Shown here: piece after piece, positions 13,801 through 37,606 of the stretch
How positions within the stretch are numbered: position 1 is the first letter of the stretch
Layout: the number at the start of each line of letters is the position of its first letter
Source of the DNA: the human T2T-CHM13v2.0 reference genome, Homo sapiens
DNA: 64,000 bases
Direction: 5' to 3' (one strand)
Assembly (NCBI RefSeq): GCF_009914755.1
Contig: NC_060925.1
Made by a program: the position numbers and the translations under genes
The notes under the pieces: model-generated
Told to the model about the DNA's origin: nothing
What the model saw: only the letters and a program-made list of their open reading frames with translations
Databases searched by the model: none

Positions 13801-15216
13801 GTAAGCGGGTGACGGGCGCCTGGGGAGGTGCCGGCGGTCCAGAGCCCGGACAGTGTGGGGTGCGTGGGACGCAAGGGAGGACACTCCTCACCCCGTTCCC
13901 TGCCCAGCTGGAGTGAGGGGGCGCGGGTGACAAGCAGGAACACCGGAATATGCTAGCACCCACAGGTGGGAGGCTGGCTGAAGGGCTAGTGGTGGGGGGC
14001 GCCTCCTTCTCACCCCGCGATGGCTGGGACTGATTCATTCATTCAGTGTGAATTGGACTGAGAGCACTGCCATACGCGGGAGGCGCTCTTTAGCCCGCCT
14101 ACCTGCGGGCCCGTCGGGGTCCTGGGCAGATCAGGTGAGGCCGTGGGAGTAGTGGGCAGGCCAGATGGGGCCTCCCTTAGCCATGGGAGGTTGGTCGTCC
14201 GCGCTCTACCCTGTTGTGTGCGCGGTCCCGTTTGCCCCCTTCCTAAGCTGGCCACTGGCTGGAGGGTCAAGGAAAGGAGGGAGAGTTGGCTGTGGGTGAG
14301 AGTGGGGTGAGGGTGCAGGACCACCGGGATTAGCTTCCCCAATCCGCGTCCGGCAAAGCAACGCTGTGGATTGAATTCGCTGGAGCACGTGGTGGGCATT
14401 TGCCCCTGGAAGAAGGTCAGTGGTGGGGCTGAAGTCTATGGTGGGTTGCCTCAGAATTGAGTTTGGGGACTGCTTTAGGAAAACTGAGCACTTACCAGTG
14501 GCCAGCGCCAAATTAATCACTGTGGGGAGAATGCAAAGTAACCAGGCGTGTTTCACGGAGCCCAGGGGCTGCTGGAGAGAGAGGCCCTCAGCTGACCCAG
14601 GACCCCGGTGGACCCCTGCATAGAACCATAGTAGGTGCGAGTGGATGCCTGCTGAATGATACAGAGGGAAAGGAAGGAGCAGGCTGTTAGTCCAGCGGTG
14701 GGTCACGGTGGGGGAGAGGGAAGACCCAGTTCCCCTTTAATCCTACAGGAAGAGAGGACTCCATGCTATGGATCAATTCTAGTCATCTGAACCTTAGGCA
14801 GTGGGAGGAGAGTGGCAGAGTGGGCTTTAGGCAGGAGGGAGGAACTATGCAGCAAAGGAGGAACTATGCCCTCTTCCATTTCCAATGGGCAATGTGAGGT
14901 ATTCCCCCTTTCCCCCCAAGAGGGCAGAGGGGACAAAGCCCTGGCTAGAGACACCCTGTCCCAGCTCTGCAAGCCCTCACCTGGGGGAAGGTAAGAGTTT
15001 GGAGTGCCAAGGTCTTGGGGAGATGAAGGGAAGGAAGAGATGTGAGAGGTGCTTGGGGGGCTTTGCTGGTTTGGTTTGGCAGCTGAAGCTCATGTGCTTC
15101 CTTTCTGTAGAGTGAAGCCCCCTCCACTTTTTTTAATGTTAGAGACAGGGTCTCACTCTGTTGTCCAGGCTGGAGTGCGATCATAACTCACTACAGCCTG
15201 AACTCTCATACCAAAC

Positions 15217-17823
<2,607 letters not shown>

Positions 17824-18960
17824 AGGAATTTTAGCTGGGGTGATAGAAAAGCTCTATGTGTGACTCCTCCATCTAGCAATTTAACTTTAAAAGCTTAGCT
17901 AGTTACTCCATACAGTGTAGTGCTAATCGTGGAATTTCAGGGAGTGGCAAGAGGGCAGGAGAGATTTTCTGGTTTTGTTTTGCAAAAGGGACATTTCCAG
18001 GGCTGCTCAAATCCTGCAGGGAGGCAAGGACGGCGGGGGGGCGGGGGGGGGACCTGGAGAGGAGGGGACCCTGAAGGAGTGGAAGGAGGGTCTGGCTTGT
18101 CTTAAAGCCATCCCTTCCCAGGGCGGCACTAGTGCTCTGGGGTCAGGGAGTCGTGTTACTCAGCTTGAGAGCAGTGAGTGCCGGAAGGAGGGGCGTTTAC
18201 TGTAAGTTTCTGCTTCTGCTCCCACTCATATCTGACTTAGACTCGTTTCTTGAGCAGATTGTGATTCATTCTAAGGTTTTTATACTCCCTCATCACCCTT
18301 CTTCACATCAGGACAATCATCAGAAGGAAAATGGGGCTGAAGGATGACTGTGTCTGGCCCGGGGGAGTCCTGGAGGCTTGAGGGTCCTTGGCAATGACAG
18401 TAGATCAGCCCAGCCTGGGCCAGCTTGTCCAGCCGGTGCACTGACCCTGGGTGTGGCCCATCTGGGATCACAGTCCTCATTTCACAGACAAGGATTCAGT
18501 GCAGAGGCCCAGAGGTAGGGGAGAGTCTTGCCTACAGTTCCAGGACTGGTCGGGGTAGAGCCCACCACAGACTAGACACGCAGAATGTCAAAAAAAGGCA
18601 GCTCTCGGCCATACCAGTTCTCCACTTCTCTCTCTCCCCTCCCAGGTCCACCCAGGGGATACTGGGGTGGGGGTGGGGGACCTTCTTCCGGTATCTATGG
18701 TTGAAAACCACTGGGCATTCTCGTGGCCTTGCTGGTGGGGAGGGACTTTTTATACATGGCTCAGTCTAGTTACTCCCTGAATGCCTAAGTCTTTTGGTGA
18801 CATGCAAGTATTCATGCATGCATGCATCCAGCAGATCTGAAATGAGCAGCTGTTCTGGGTCAGGCATGGCTCCAGGGACTTGCATTCAGCCTCTGCCTGT
18901 ATGCCCCCCGTGACAGGATGCTTGCTCCTTGCTGAGGCAGCTCACACCATCCTGGGTTAG

Positions 18961-19618
<658 letters not shown>

Positions 19619-20347
19619 TGAAATCTAGTTTTGAAAATGAGTCACCTCCCTGTTCTTCAGAAGCGCCTCTGGCAATGTGAAGACTGTGACTTTGGGTCCC
19701 CGGAGTCTCTCAGCCAGTCACACACCTGTCCTCCAACATTTATTCCTCACGTAGCGTGAGCTCAAGGCTCCTCATCTGCCTGTTCTCTTCAATTCATTCA
19801 TTCCACAAACACTTATTGAGCACCTTCTGCATGCCAGGAAGCACTCCGGGTGCTGCGAGTTCATCCATGCACCGCATAGCAGGGTCTCTGCCCCACGGAA
19901 CTGACATTCCACAGGGGTGACAGTCAACAGACTGCTGCTAGTTGCAATGAGAGGATTAGAATCCTGTAGTGTGAGAGAGACGGGCGGCTCCCTAAGATGG
20001 GGAAAACAGGACTTGCAGACGGTAACATACACACGGAATGAAAAGAGGGAGGCAGCCAGTGGGAGATTAGCAGAAAAGCATCCAGGCCCAGGGGGTAAAA
20101 GCCCCAAGAGGCTAGAGGAACAGGAAGGAGGCCGGGGTGGCTGGAGGGAAGTGAGTGGAGAGGGGTGGTTAGGAGAAGGTGGCAGGAAAGGTGGTAGATC
20201 GTGCAGACCTTTGTGGACTGTGGTGAGGTTTTTGGCAGGGGAGCAATACTGCATGATAGATTTAAAGTTCCTTCTGTCTGCTGTGGGGGGCTGGGGGATT
20301 GGGGGGAGCAGGCAGGATGGGAGCAGGAAGCCAGGTCATTGCATTGA

Positions 20348-25520
<5,173 letters not shown>

Positions 25521-25614
25521 GTCCGTGTTCTGCCTATCATCTGTTACCATCCGGTAGCCCCAGCATTTGATGAAACGCTGTTTGGGAAATGACAGTGAAG
25601 AGCTTCCATACTCA

Positions 25615-25850
25615 TCTCTTTTTCTGACTCCCTGACTCTCTCTTCTGCCTCCCTCTTGCATTTTTAAGTTCCCTTAAATTGCACTGGGCTCCCCTGGATA
25701 ATCCAGAAGAATCTCCCATCTGAAAGTCAGCGGGTTCACAACCTCGATGCCATCTACCACCCTGATTCCCCTTTGCCATGTAAGGAGACGTATATGAGCA
25801 CATATGTGAATATATCACCCTAGGTCCTGGGGACCCAGTGAGGATGGTAT
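25615..25850 (-). mobile_element. MLT1 LTR fragment
   Basis: ctggataatccagaagaatctcccatct...ccctttgccatgtaag. Confidence 0.55.
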
Positions 25851-25863
25851 GATTCTTGCTAAC

Positions 25864-26616
<753 letters not shown>

Positions 26617-27042
26617 CAAAAATCATTTCAAGGTGCTTGCCTGTCCCTGAGTTCCTTCCAGCCAGGGACTCCAGGCTCCACCCTCTATGCTGTTTCCGTG
26701 TCCACTGTCTTTGGGTTTTATCTCCAACCCTGGGGCCAGGCAGCATGGGGCCCTGCACACTCTTTCTCAGCTGTGCAGGAACTGGGGAAAACTCAACTCG
26801 GCACCTGCTTGCAGTGGGACAACTGTGAGAGGTGCTGCCTGTGGCCAGGGATGGAGCCTGTGGCCAGGGATGGGTGTGTTTAAAGAGGTGGAGGAGGAGG
26901 ACTTTAGTTTCAGGTAGTCTCTTGGTCTGGAGCTCAAGTGAGCACTGAGTGTGGAGAGAGGGGTTCAGAGTCCTACAGTTAGGAGGTGACTACTGAGTTC
27001 GGCGTGTGGTGGTATAGTCTAGTGGTTGCTTAGGAGCGAGGG

Positions 27043-27740
27043 TGTGGCGGTAGACGCATAGTCCCCTAAAACGTCCATACATTCTACATTGTTAATTTGG
27101 GACAGGGTCTCACCCTGTCACCCAGGCTGGAGTGCAGTGGCCCAACCACGGCTGAAGAGATTCTCCCATCTCAGCCTCCCGAGTCGCTGGGACTACAGGT
27201 GCATTCCACCACAACCAGCTAATTTTTGTATCTTTTGTAGAGACGGGTTTTTCTCCTTTGCCGTGTTGCCCGGGCTGGTCTCAAACTCCTGAGCTCAAGT
27301 GATCCTCCTGCCTCAGCCTCCCAAAGAGCTGGGATTATAAGTGCGAGCCACTTCGCCTGGCCAAATGTCCACACATTCTAATCCTTGAAACCTGATACTA
27401 TGGATCTTGAGACAGGAAGATGATCCTGGATTATCAGGGCGGGCCCAATCTAATCACAGGAGTCCTTAAAAGCAGAGAACCCTTCCTGGCTGTGTTAGAG
27501 AGAGATGATAGAGGCAAAGAGAGAGATGTGATGTGAGAAGGACTCAGCCCACCATTGCCGGCTTTGCAGATGGAGTAAGGGGGCCATGAGCCAAAGGATG
27601 CCACAGTCCCTAGAAGCAGGGAACAGCCCTTAGTTGGCTGTCAGCAAAGAAACAAGACCTCAGTCCTACAACCACAAGGAACTGAATTCTGCCAACAACC
27701 TTAGTGAGCAGGGAAACCAACAGTCCCTTAAAGCTTCCGC
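27043..27740 (+). mobile_element. MLT1D-like LTR interrupted by an antisense AluJ (27090-27362)
   Basis: ggattatcagggcgggcccaatctaatcac...caaggaactgaattctgccaacaacc; Alu TSD AAAYGTCCAYACATTCTA. Confidence 0.7.
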
Positions 27741-28021
27741 TAGGCACACAGCACATGACCTGGATGGGGGTGATCAGAGAGGGCTTCCCAGAGGAAGTGG
27801 CACTCATGAGTGAGGTCTCAAGGATGAATGGGGGTACACTGGATTTAGGGACCAGTGCAGGCAGGGAAACAGCACGCACAGGCTGCTGCAGGGAGTGGGG
27901 TGCCCGTGGGGTGCCAGTGGCAAAAAGAGGCTGGTAGGAGAGAGTACCAGGGGCTTCACAGGCAGGCAAGGAGGGCAGGGCTTCTTGGGCCACTGTTAAG
28001 ACTTTGGTTTTTTTTTTTTTT

Positions 28022-28123
28022 AAATATGGACCGTTTCATGAATTTCCGTATCATCCTTATGCAGGGGCCATGCTAATTTCTGTATTGCTCCAATTTTAGT
28101 ATATGTGCTATCGAAGCGAACAC
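28022..28123 (-). pseudogene. U6 snRNA retropseudogene
   Basis: Reverse complement matches U6 end to end (GTGTTCGCTTCGATAGCACATATACTAAAATTGG...CCATATTT); poly(A) tail 28008-28021; TSD AAGACTTTGG at 27998-28007 and 28124-28133; ACAGAGA box disrupted. Confidence 0.95.
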
Positions 28124-28404
28124 AAGACTTTGGGCTTTATTCATAGCTGGGTTGGAAGCCATCTGAGGGTCTTCAATAGGATGGAGGGGAAGACAGTAGA
28201 TCGTGTTTTCAAAAGATCAGTCTGGTGTCTGCACTGTGAGCTGGGCGTGGTGGATGGGGTAGACGAGAGGAGACCCTCGGGTGGTCACTGTCAAGTCCAG
28301 ATGGCGGGAAGGTGAGGAAGAGCTGGTAGATGTGGGGGTAAAACTGCAGGTTAAACAGACAGAACTAGTGATAGGTTGGGGGCCAGGGAGAAGCAAGCAT
28401 TTCA

Positions 28405-28726
<322 letters not shown>

Positions 28727-30081
28727 TCAGTCTCATGGGGAGTGGGGAGCAGGGATCTCAGAGCCCTGAACTACAGCACCCCCCCACCCCAGGCAGCAGA
28801 AGCTGGCGGATCAGAGCACGTGCCAAATCCTGGCCCTAACACTGACCAGCTGTGTGACTTTGGGCAGATTTCTCGTCCTTACGTCTCAGTCTCCCCCATC
28901 TGTAAAATGGGCTGACAGTTGTTGGCTATTAGAATTACTTTCGCTATGGAAAGCAAACCGTTCCAGCATTTGCACTTCTTTCTGCTCAGCTTCTGCTAGG
29001 TCAGCGCATCTCAAACTCCCTGGGGCTCTTGTTAAAATGCAGATTCCAATTAGGGAGGTCTGGGGTTCTGCATTTTGAGAAAGTTCCAAGGTGGTGCCCC
29101 TGCTGCTGGCCCGGGGCCTCACCTTGAATAACAGAGCGCACAGCGGTGGAGATCCCCAGGAGACAGGGAGGGGAGGGGTGCTTACCTCGCTGGCCCTGCT
29201 CAGCTCTGGCCCCTTCGGGGATTTTGCATTTGATCTAACTCCCCGCTCACCCCACAACTTCTAGACTCGTCTCCCACAGGTATGGTCCGGCTGAGACCAG
29301 GTGGGGCTTTTTGAAAGTGAACTTTAACTGGTCTTGTAGGGAAAACCAAACCAACCTGAAAATAGACAGACCTGAAAATGGTAAGGTTTTAGGCCACCCT
29401 CTCTTTATCTTGATGCCACTAAGGTGGGGCGGAGGGCCTCCGGTTGCACAGCTCATTACCTTGTGGACACCTCACTTTGCCTTGAACCTGCGGGGAACTC
29501 CACCCAAAAGCCCCCCCTCCAGTCCTTGGGCTTCCCCCTCCCACTCTTCGCTTTCTGATCCCTCCTTCCCTCCCAGGCAAGGGCCCGAGCACATCCCAGC
29601 TCCCCTCTCTCTCTTCCCCAGGGCAGCAGGAGCTGATGAGCCAGGCAGGGTGGGCCTGGAAATTCACAGGGCCAGACTTCTCCGGGCAGCGGCAGACGCC
29701 CCGGCCCTTGCCTCCTTCTCCACCGGGAGCTGGGACAGGTGAAGGGCCTGTGTAAGGGGAAGGGGGTGCCCCTTCCTCGCTCAGCTCCACATGGAAAATG
29801 GGGCCCTAAGTCCTCTGCTCCTCCTTCCAAGGGGATTTGAGAGGCACAGGCTGGCCATCCCACCAGGTTGAGATCCCACAGCCCCTCCGCACAGCAAGAA
29901 GACTGCCCTCCGGTGGCAAGCTATGGATTTACCGAGAATTATTGCTGAAAAGAAGCCACCACCTCCCAGCATTTCGTGTCCTTGAGATGCTATTTACATA
30001 TGTGGCTTTGTACATCTGTGTTCTCACTCTCTTTACATATACTTATCACTACTTTATTTTTATCACTACTTTATTTTTTAA

Positions 30082-30387
<306 letters not shown>

Positions 30388-30389
30388 AA

Positions 30390-30685
30390 GATGATCCCAG
30401 TTTTGTTGGCAACATCCAAAGCATTGTAATCAGGAGCCAGTGGAACATATGCCTTCTTCTCTCCATCCGGCCGAATCAGGGTGCTGACCTTGGCCACATC
30501 CATGCCATAGAGCTTTGTCACAGCCTGTTTGCTCTGGTACTTGTTGGCTTTAACATCCACAGTGAATACAAGTGTGTTGTTGTCTTCTATCTTCTTCATG
30601 GCAGACTCTGTGGTCAGTGGGAACTTGATAGCAGAGTGGTCGAGCTTGTTTCTCCTGGGAACGCTCTTTCGAGGATATTTGGGCT
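30390..30685 (-). pseudogene. RPL23A (uL23) processed pseudogene fragment, 5'-truncated
   Basis: Minus strand reads [48 protein letters not shown]...[11 protein letters not shown] without introns; diverged from RPL23A; no native stop or 3' UTR. Confidence 0.93.
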
Positions 30686-30696
30686 TTTAATACCTA

Positions 30697-30998
<302 letters not shown>

Positions 30999-32083
30999 CT
31001 GGGATTTTTTTATTTTAAAGATGGGTAGCCTGTGGCCCAGAGATGGGGGAGAATTGGGGACACGGTGAAGCTCAAACCTCTCTGCACTTAGTTGCTGTGT
31101 GACCTTGGGCAAGTGGCTACACCTCTCTGGGCTGCAGTTTCCTCATCTGTAACATGGGGTAGTGATCTGGCCCCAAAGAGCTAGCAGTGTGTAAAGGAGG
31201 AGTTGTGTGAAAGCAGGCACCCAAGGCCAGACTCGGGGGAGTAATGTGCAATACCATGGGCTCCCCATTCTCTGCACCCCCTACCCCTCCATTGACCCAG
31301 GTGTGATGGCAGGAGGGAAGCATAAGCAGCCAGAGCCCCCCAGGTGTGCCCCAGGCCCCAGCAGAGTGAGCAGGGCCTGGGCCCATGGTCCCCATAGACT
31401 CCGTAGCTGTCAGTGAGATTAGCAGGCAGGCCGGGAGGGGAGACCAAGGACAAGGACCCAGAATGTTCCCACACTCAGCAGGCCTTGCCAGTGAGCCCTC
31501 ACACCTCCAGCCAGCCCCAGGCCCAGGCTACTGAACTCACCCAGTGAGATGCTGTGGGTTAGGAGCACTTCGGGTGTCCTGGCAGGTTCCTGCCCCCCTG
31601 GAGAGGCTCCCAGGAGCCCTCTGGGTGACTTAAGAGAGGACACTCTCCTCTCCTACTGGAGGGAGGAGGGTGTCCTCAAGGCCCGGGGCTCTGGATTAAA
31701 TAAGAAGGGAGACAACTCAAGCGCCATGTGACTATTGGGCAAATATCACGTTCATGTATTATTTCAAATTAATATGGTGACATGTTTCAGACATGCAAAA
31801 AAAAAAAAGAATGATGTAACCAACACCCCATTTATCCACCTTCCAGCCACGCTGCTGCTTTCTGCTGCTTCCTGAACATGCCGGAAGCTTCACTGCTCCC
31901 TCGAGTGGAGAGAAGAGTCAGGCAGCCCTTTAGGCCAGCCAGGCCTCTCTCCTGGGGAAAAGTGGCTTCTGCTTCCTTCCCTAAACCAAGAAAGCCCCAC
32001 ATCGCACCAGGGGCCACCTCCTTTCTGCCAGGCACCATCTTGGATGCTGAAGACATGGAAATGCTACAAGGCTTCCTCCCTGC

Positions 32084-32187
32084 CTCTTGCCTCACTTCCT
32101 GCTTCCCTTCTCTTGCCTCACTTCCTGCTTCCCTTCTCTTGCCTCACTTCCTGCTTCCCTTCTCTTGCCTCCCTTCCTGCTTCCCTT
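32084..32187. repeat. 26-bp minisatellite x4 (CTCTTGCCTCACTTCCTGCTTCCCTT)
   Basis: Units start at 32084, 32110, 32136 and 32162; fourth unit has one substitution. Confidence 0.92.
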
Positions 32188-32402
32188 CTTTTCCCTTTTG
32201 CTCCACCCTAGAAGTTTCACATCCTGGATCACCCCAGAAAAGTGCAATGGCGTTCCCCTGTCATTCCATCTGGAAAGACAAAACTCCTTCCCTGGAATCT
32301 CAACAAAGAATTTCCTCTCTTGAATCCTTTCTTATGATGGTGCTTCACTTTCAAAGAACCCTTGAAACACATGGGGGGCTTGGTAAAAACATATCTTCCT
32401 GA

Positions 32403-34240
<1,838 letters not shown>

Positions 34241-34602
34241 TTTGTATTGTTGGGCCCATCCCAGAGACAAGGTAGGAAGCAATTATGTTAATCCCAGGGC
34301 AAGGGGATGGTGACTAGCCCCAGGTGAAGGTGGTGATGATTATGGTATGAAAAGGGCCAGGAGAATTTGCTGATAGGTTGTTTGAGAGGAGAGAGTCAAG
34401 GGAGACGCTAAAGTTTCTGGCCTGAGCTGGAGTAGCAGGGGGAAGCGTAAGGGCGGTGTGGGTTTGTGGAATCAGGAGTTCTCGTCCTGATTTCTCTCCT
34501 ATATTACAAAGCTCCGTCTCAGGCCTCCTGGGACTGGTGGGGACAGAGGGAGTATGGATATCTGGGATCCACCTGGCCTCACCAGCTTTTCTGACCTGCC
34601 AG

Positions 34603-34690
34603 GATCGACCCTTCGAGGACACCTGTCATGGAAACCCCAGCCACTACTATGACAAGGCTGTCAGGAGGTGCTGTTACCGCTGCCCCATGG
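34603..34690 (+). CDS. TNFRSF8: TNFRSF8 exon 2 (DRPFEDTCHGNPSHYYDKAVRRCCYRCPM-G), start of cysteine-rich region
   Basis: Acceptor gccag| at 34602, donor G|GTGAGT; 88 nt, in frame with exon 1. Confidence 0.98.
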
Positions 34691-35244
34691 GTGAGTGGGG
34701 GCGTTGGGGGTGGGGAGAAGGGGGGAAATTTGTCCTCAATTGATGACCCTCTTGGGGGATTGATGAGTGGGGAAATTGGAGCCAACCGTCATCGTCATAA
34801 TTGGCTACAGTTTTCTGCAGGTCATTCCTAGTGTCGCGGAGTCCAAGGACTCTCTCGGAAGGCTAGGGCTGTAGAATTGAGACTGTGTTTCTTGCTGCCA
34901 CCAGAATGTCCATCTCCATGAGTTTTTATTTTTAACGTAGAGCTGCCCTTTATTGGACACTTACTATCCATGAGTCCGAGACCTTTATATGCACGGCATC
35001 ATCTCATTAAGTGCTTGCAATGATCCTTTATTACACTCAATTTGCAGATGAGGCTACTGGGGCTTGGCAGGGTTAAGTTCCAGCTACTTCCCTTGATGAC
35101 CAGGGTCACACAGTTGGGAAATGGTGGAATGATCAGGGCTGGGGCCCAGGGCTCAGAGACCTCAAAGCCTGGGCTGTCAACATCCTCTGACCACCCTTCA
35201 TTTCTGGGGCCCAGAAGTCCTTTGCAGTTCTTTCTTTTCTCTCT

Positions 35245-35703
<459 letters not shown>

Positions 35704-36584
35704 TGACTGCCCCAGCTCAGGACAGGTGTTTATCCTGGGACAACCTGGACAATAGATTTCTCTGAGACCAGTCTCCCAGACCAGAGCTCCCTTTCTGGAA
35801 TGTTCCCCCACCCCCAGCACCGTGATTGACTTCTAGTCAATTACCAGGAAATCCTTCTGGAGCTGGGGTGAGTGTTGTTCCTTCCATTTTGTAGATGATG
35901 CTTAGGCCCGAGGAGATAAGCAGCTGGAATAGGGTCATGAGGCATTTCTGCCCCTGTGGTTATTATCAAAAGTCCCAAGGCACCACCAGTGGTCTTAGAT
36001 GGGCGGGGCAGGACATAACGATGCCCTCGTGGTCTCTGACCTCCAGGAACAGAGATTGTCACGGGGACATCAGCCTTTAGCTGTGCCAGCAAGGGTGGGA
36101 GGGAGTCTGTGTGTGTCTGGTTCATCATCGCCACTTCTTGCTTTGAGGACAGCAGGCCATTGCAAGTGGGCGGGCATCGTCTGGAGGGCTTCCGACAGTG
36201 GGGGCGGAGGGGCCCATCCACCCAGCTGTACTGTCTGGAGGGTGGTGACAGGTTATGGCCATCAGGGCTATTCCACTGGAGCTGCGCGGGAACCCAGGTC
36301 AGTCAGTTCCTAGACTTGTGGCCTCAACTCCCCCATGAGATGCAGACCAGGCTCGTGCTCAGGCCACCAAAGGACAGAGGGAAACATTCTTGGAAAGAAT
36401 TTGATGTTTTTGTATTTGATTTTGATTTGTATTTCCAACAATGATTCAAAGTATTCATTGTATGGGCAAAAGTAGTGGGTTGGATGCTATTGGACTTTCT
36501 TGCTTTTATTTTTGGTTTAGTGTTGATTTTGAATGATCTATTAGGTGGGTCCCCTGGTTTTTTCAGTGCTTCACTGGTCGGCCA

Positions 36585-37275
36585 TCCACCCACCCATCCA
36601 AGTACCTGCCCCCCTCACCCACCCACCCATCCAAGTACCTGCCCACCCACCCATCTTTTTAACCACTCACCAACCCACCCCTCCCATCCCCTTTCCATTT
36701 TTCTTCCCATCTAGCCACTATCCATCCATCCATCTGTATTAGTTTGCTGGGGCTGCCATAACAAAATACTGTAGTCTGGGTGACCTAAACAATAGACATT
36801 TATTTCTTACAGTTCTGGAGGCTTGAAGGTCCAAGATCAAGGTTTTTGGAGGATTTGGTTTCTGGTGAGGGCTGTCTTCTTGGCTTGCAGATGGCAGTCT
36901 TCTCATGGTGGGAAGATCGATCTCTCTCTCTCTTTCTCTCTCTTTCCCCCTCTTCATATATGCCACCAATCCCCCTGGATTAGGGCCCCATCCTTATGAC
37001 CTCATTTAACCTTAATTATCTCCTAAAAGTCCTATCTCCAAATACAGTCACACTGGGGTTAGGGTTTCAACACATTTAACATATGAACTTTGTGGGGGAC
37101 ACAATTCAGTCCATAGCACCATCGCCTTCCCATATCCCTCCAATTATCCTCCCATTCACCGCCCCCATCCATACACCCACCCCTCTCCTGGCCATTTTCT
37201 CATCTACCTTTCTATCCATCCATCCATCCATCCATCCATCCATCCATCCATCCATCCATCCATCCATCATCCATC
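36585..37275. repeat. Smaller CCAT/CCAC-rich tracts on both sides of an MLT1 LTR (36585-36735 and 37215-37275)
   Basis: ccacccacccatccaagtacctgccc occurs twice; near-pure (CATC)n at 37215-37275. Confidence 0.75.
36735..37120 (-). mobile_element. MLT1A/B LTR
   Basis: tgtattagtttgctggggctgccataacaaaatac...gggggacacaattcagtccatagca. Confidence 0.75.
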
Positions 37276-37294
37276 CAACAAATTTTTATTTCTC

Positions 37295-37304
<10 letters not shown>

Positions 37305-37325
<21 letters not shown>

Positions 37326-37606
37326 AGATAGAGTCTGTCTCTGTAGTCCAGGCTGGAGTACGGTGGTGTGATCTTGGCTCACTGGAACCTCCGCCTCCTA
37401 GGTTCAAGCAATTCTCTTGCCTCAGCCTCCTGAGTAGCTGGGATTACAGGCATGTGCCACCACACCCAGCTAGTTTTTGTATTTTTAGTAGAGATGGGGT
37501 TTCACCGTGTTGGCCAGGCTGGTCTTCAACTCCTGACCTCCAGTGGTCTGCCCGCCTTGGCCTCATAAAGTGCTGGGATTACAGGCATGAGCCACTGTGC
37601 CAGGCC
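37305..37606 (-). mobile_element. AluS
   Basis: Alu consensus. Confidence 0.88.

Larger units (their letters stand above)
13300..14420. promoter_or_regulatory. CpG island over the CD30 promoter, exon 1 and start of intron 1
   Basis: High density of CG, CGCG and GCGC compared with the CpG-depleted flanks. Confidence 0.9.

Noticed and set aside
13427-14038. 203-aa antisense ORF over the promoter and exon 1
   Set aside because: Stop-poor because of CpG-island GC content; no recognisable domain
26837-26873. Short tandem duplications (19 bp here; also ~1360-1387, 14838-14869, 30043-30078)
   Set aside because: Ordinary two-copy slippage duplications with no further signal
32084-32187. Regular repeats as a CRISPR-like array
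   Set aside because: Head-to-tail units without unique spacers, in human DNA with no cas genes; the same applies to the CCAT arrays
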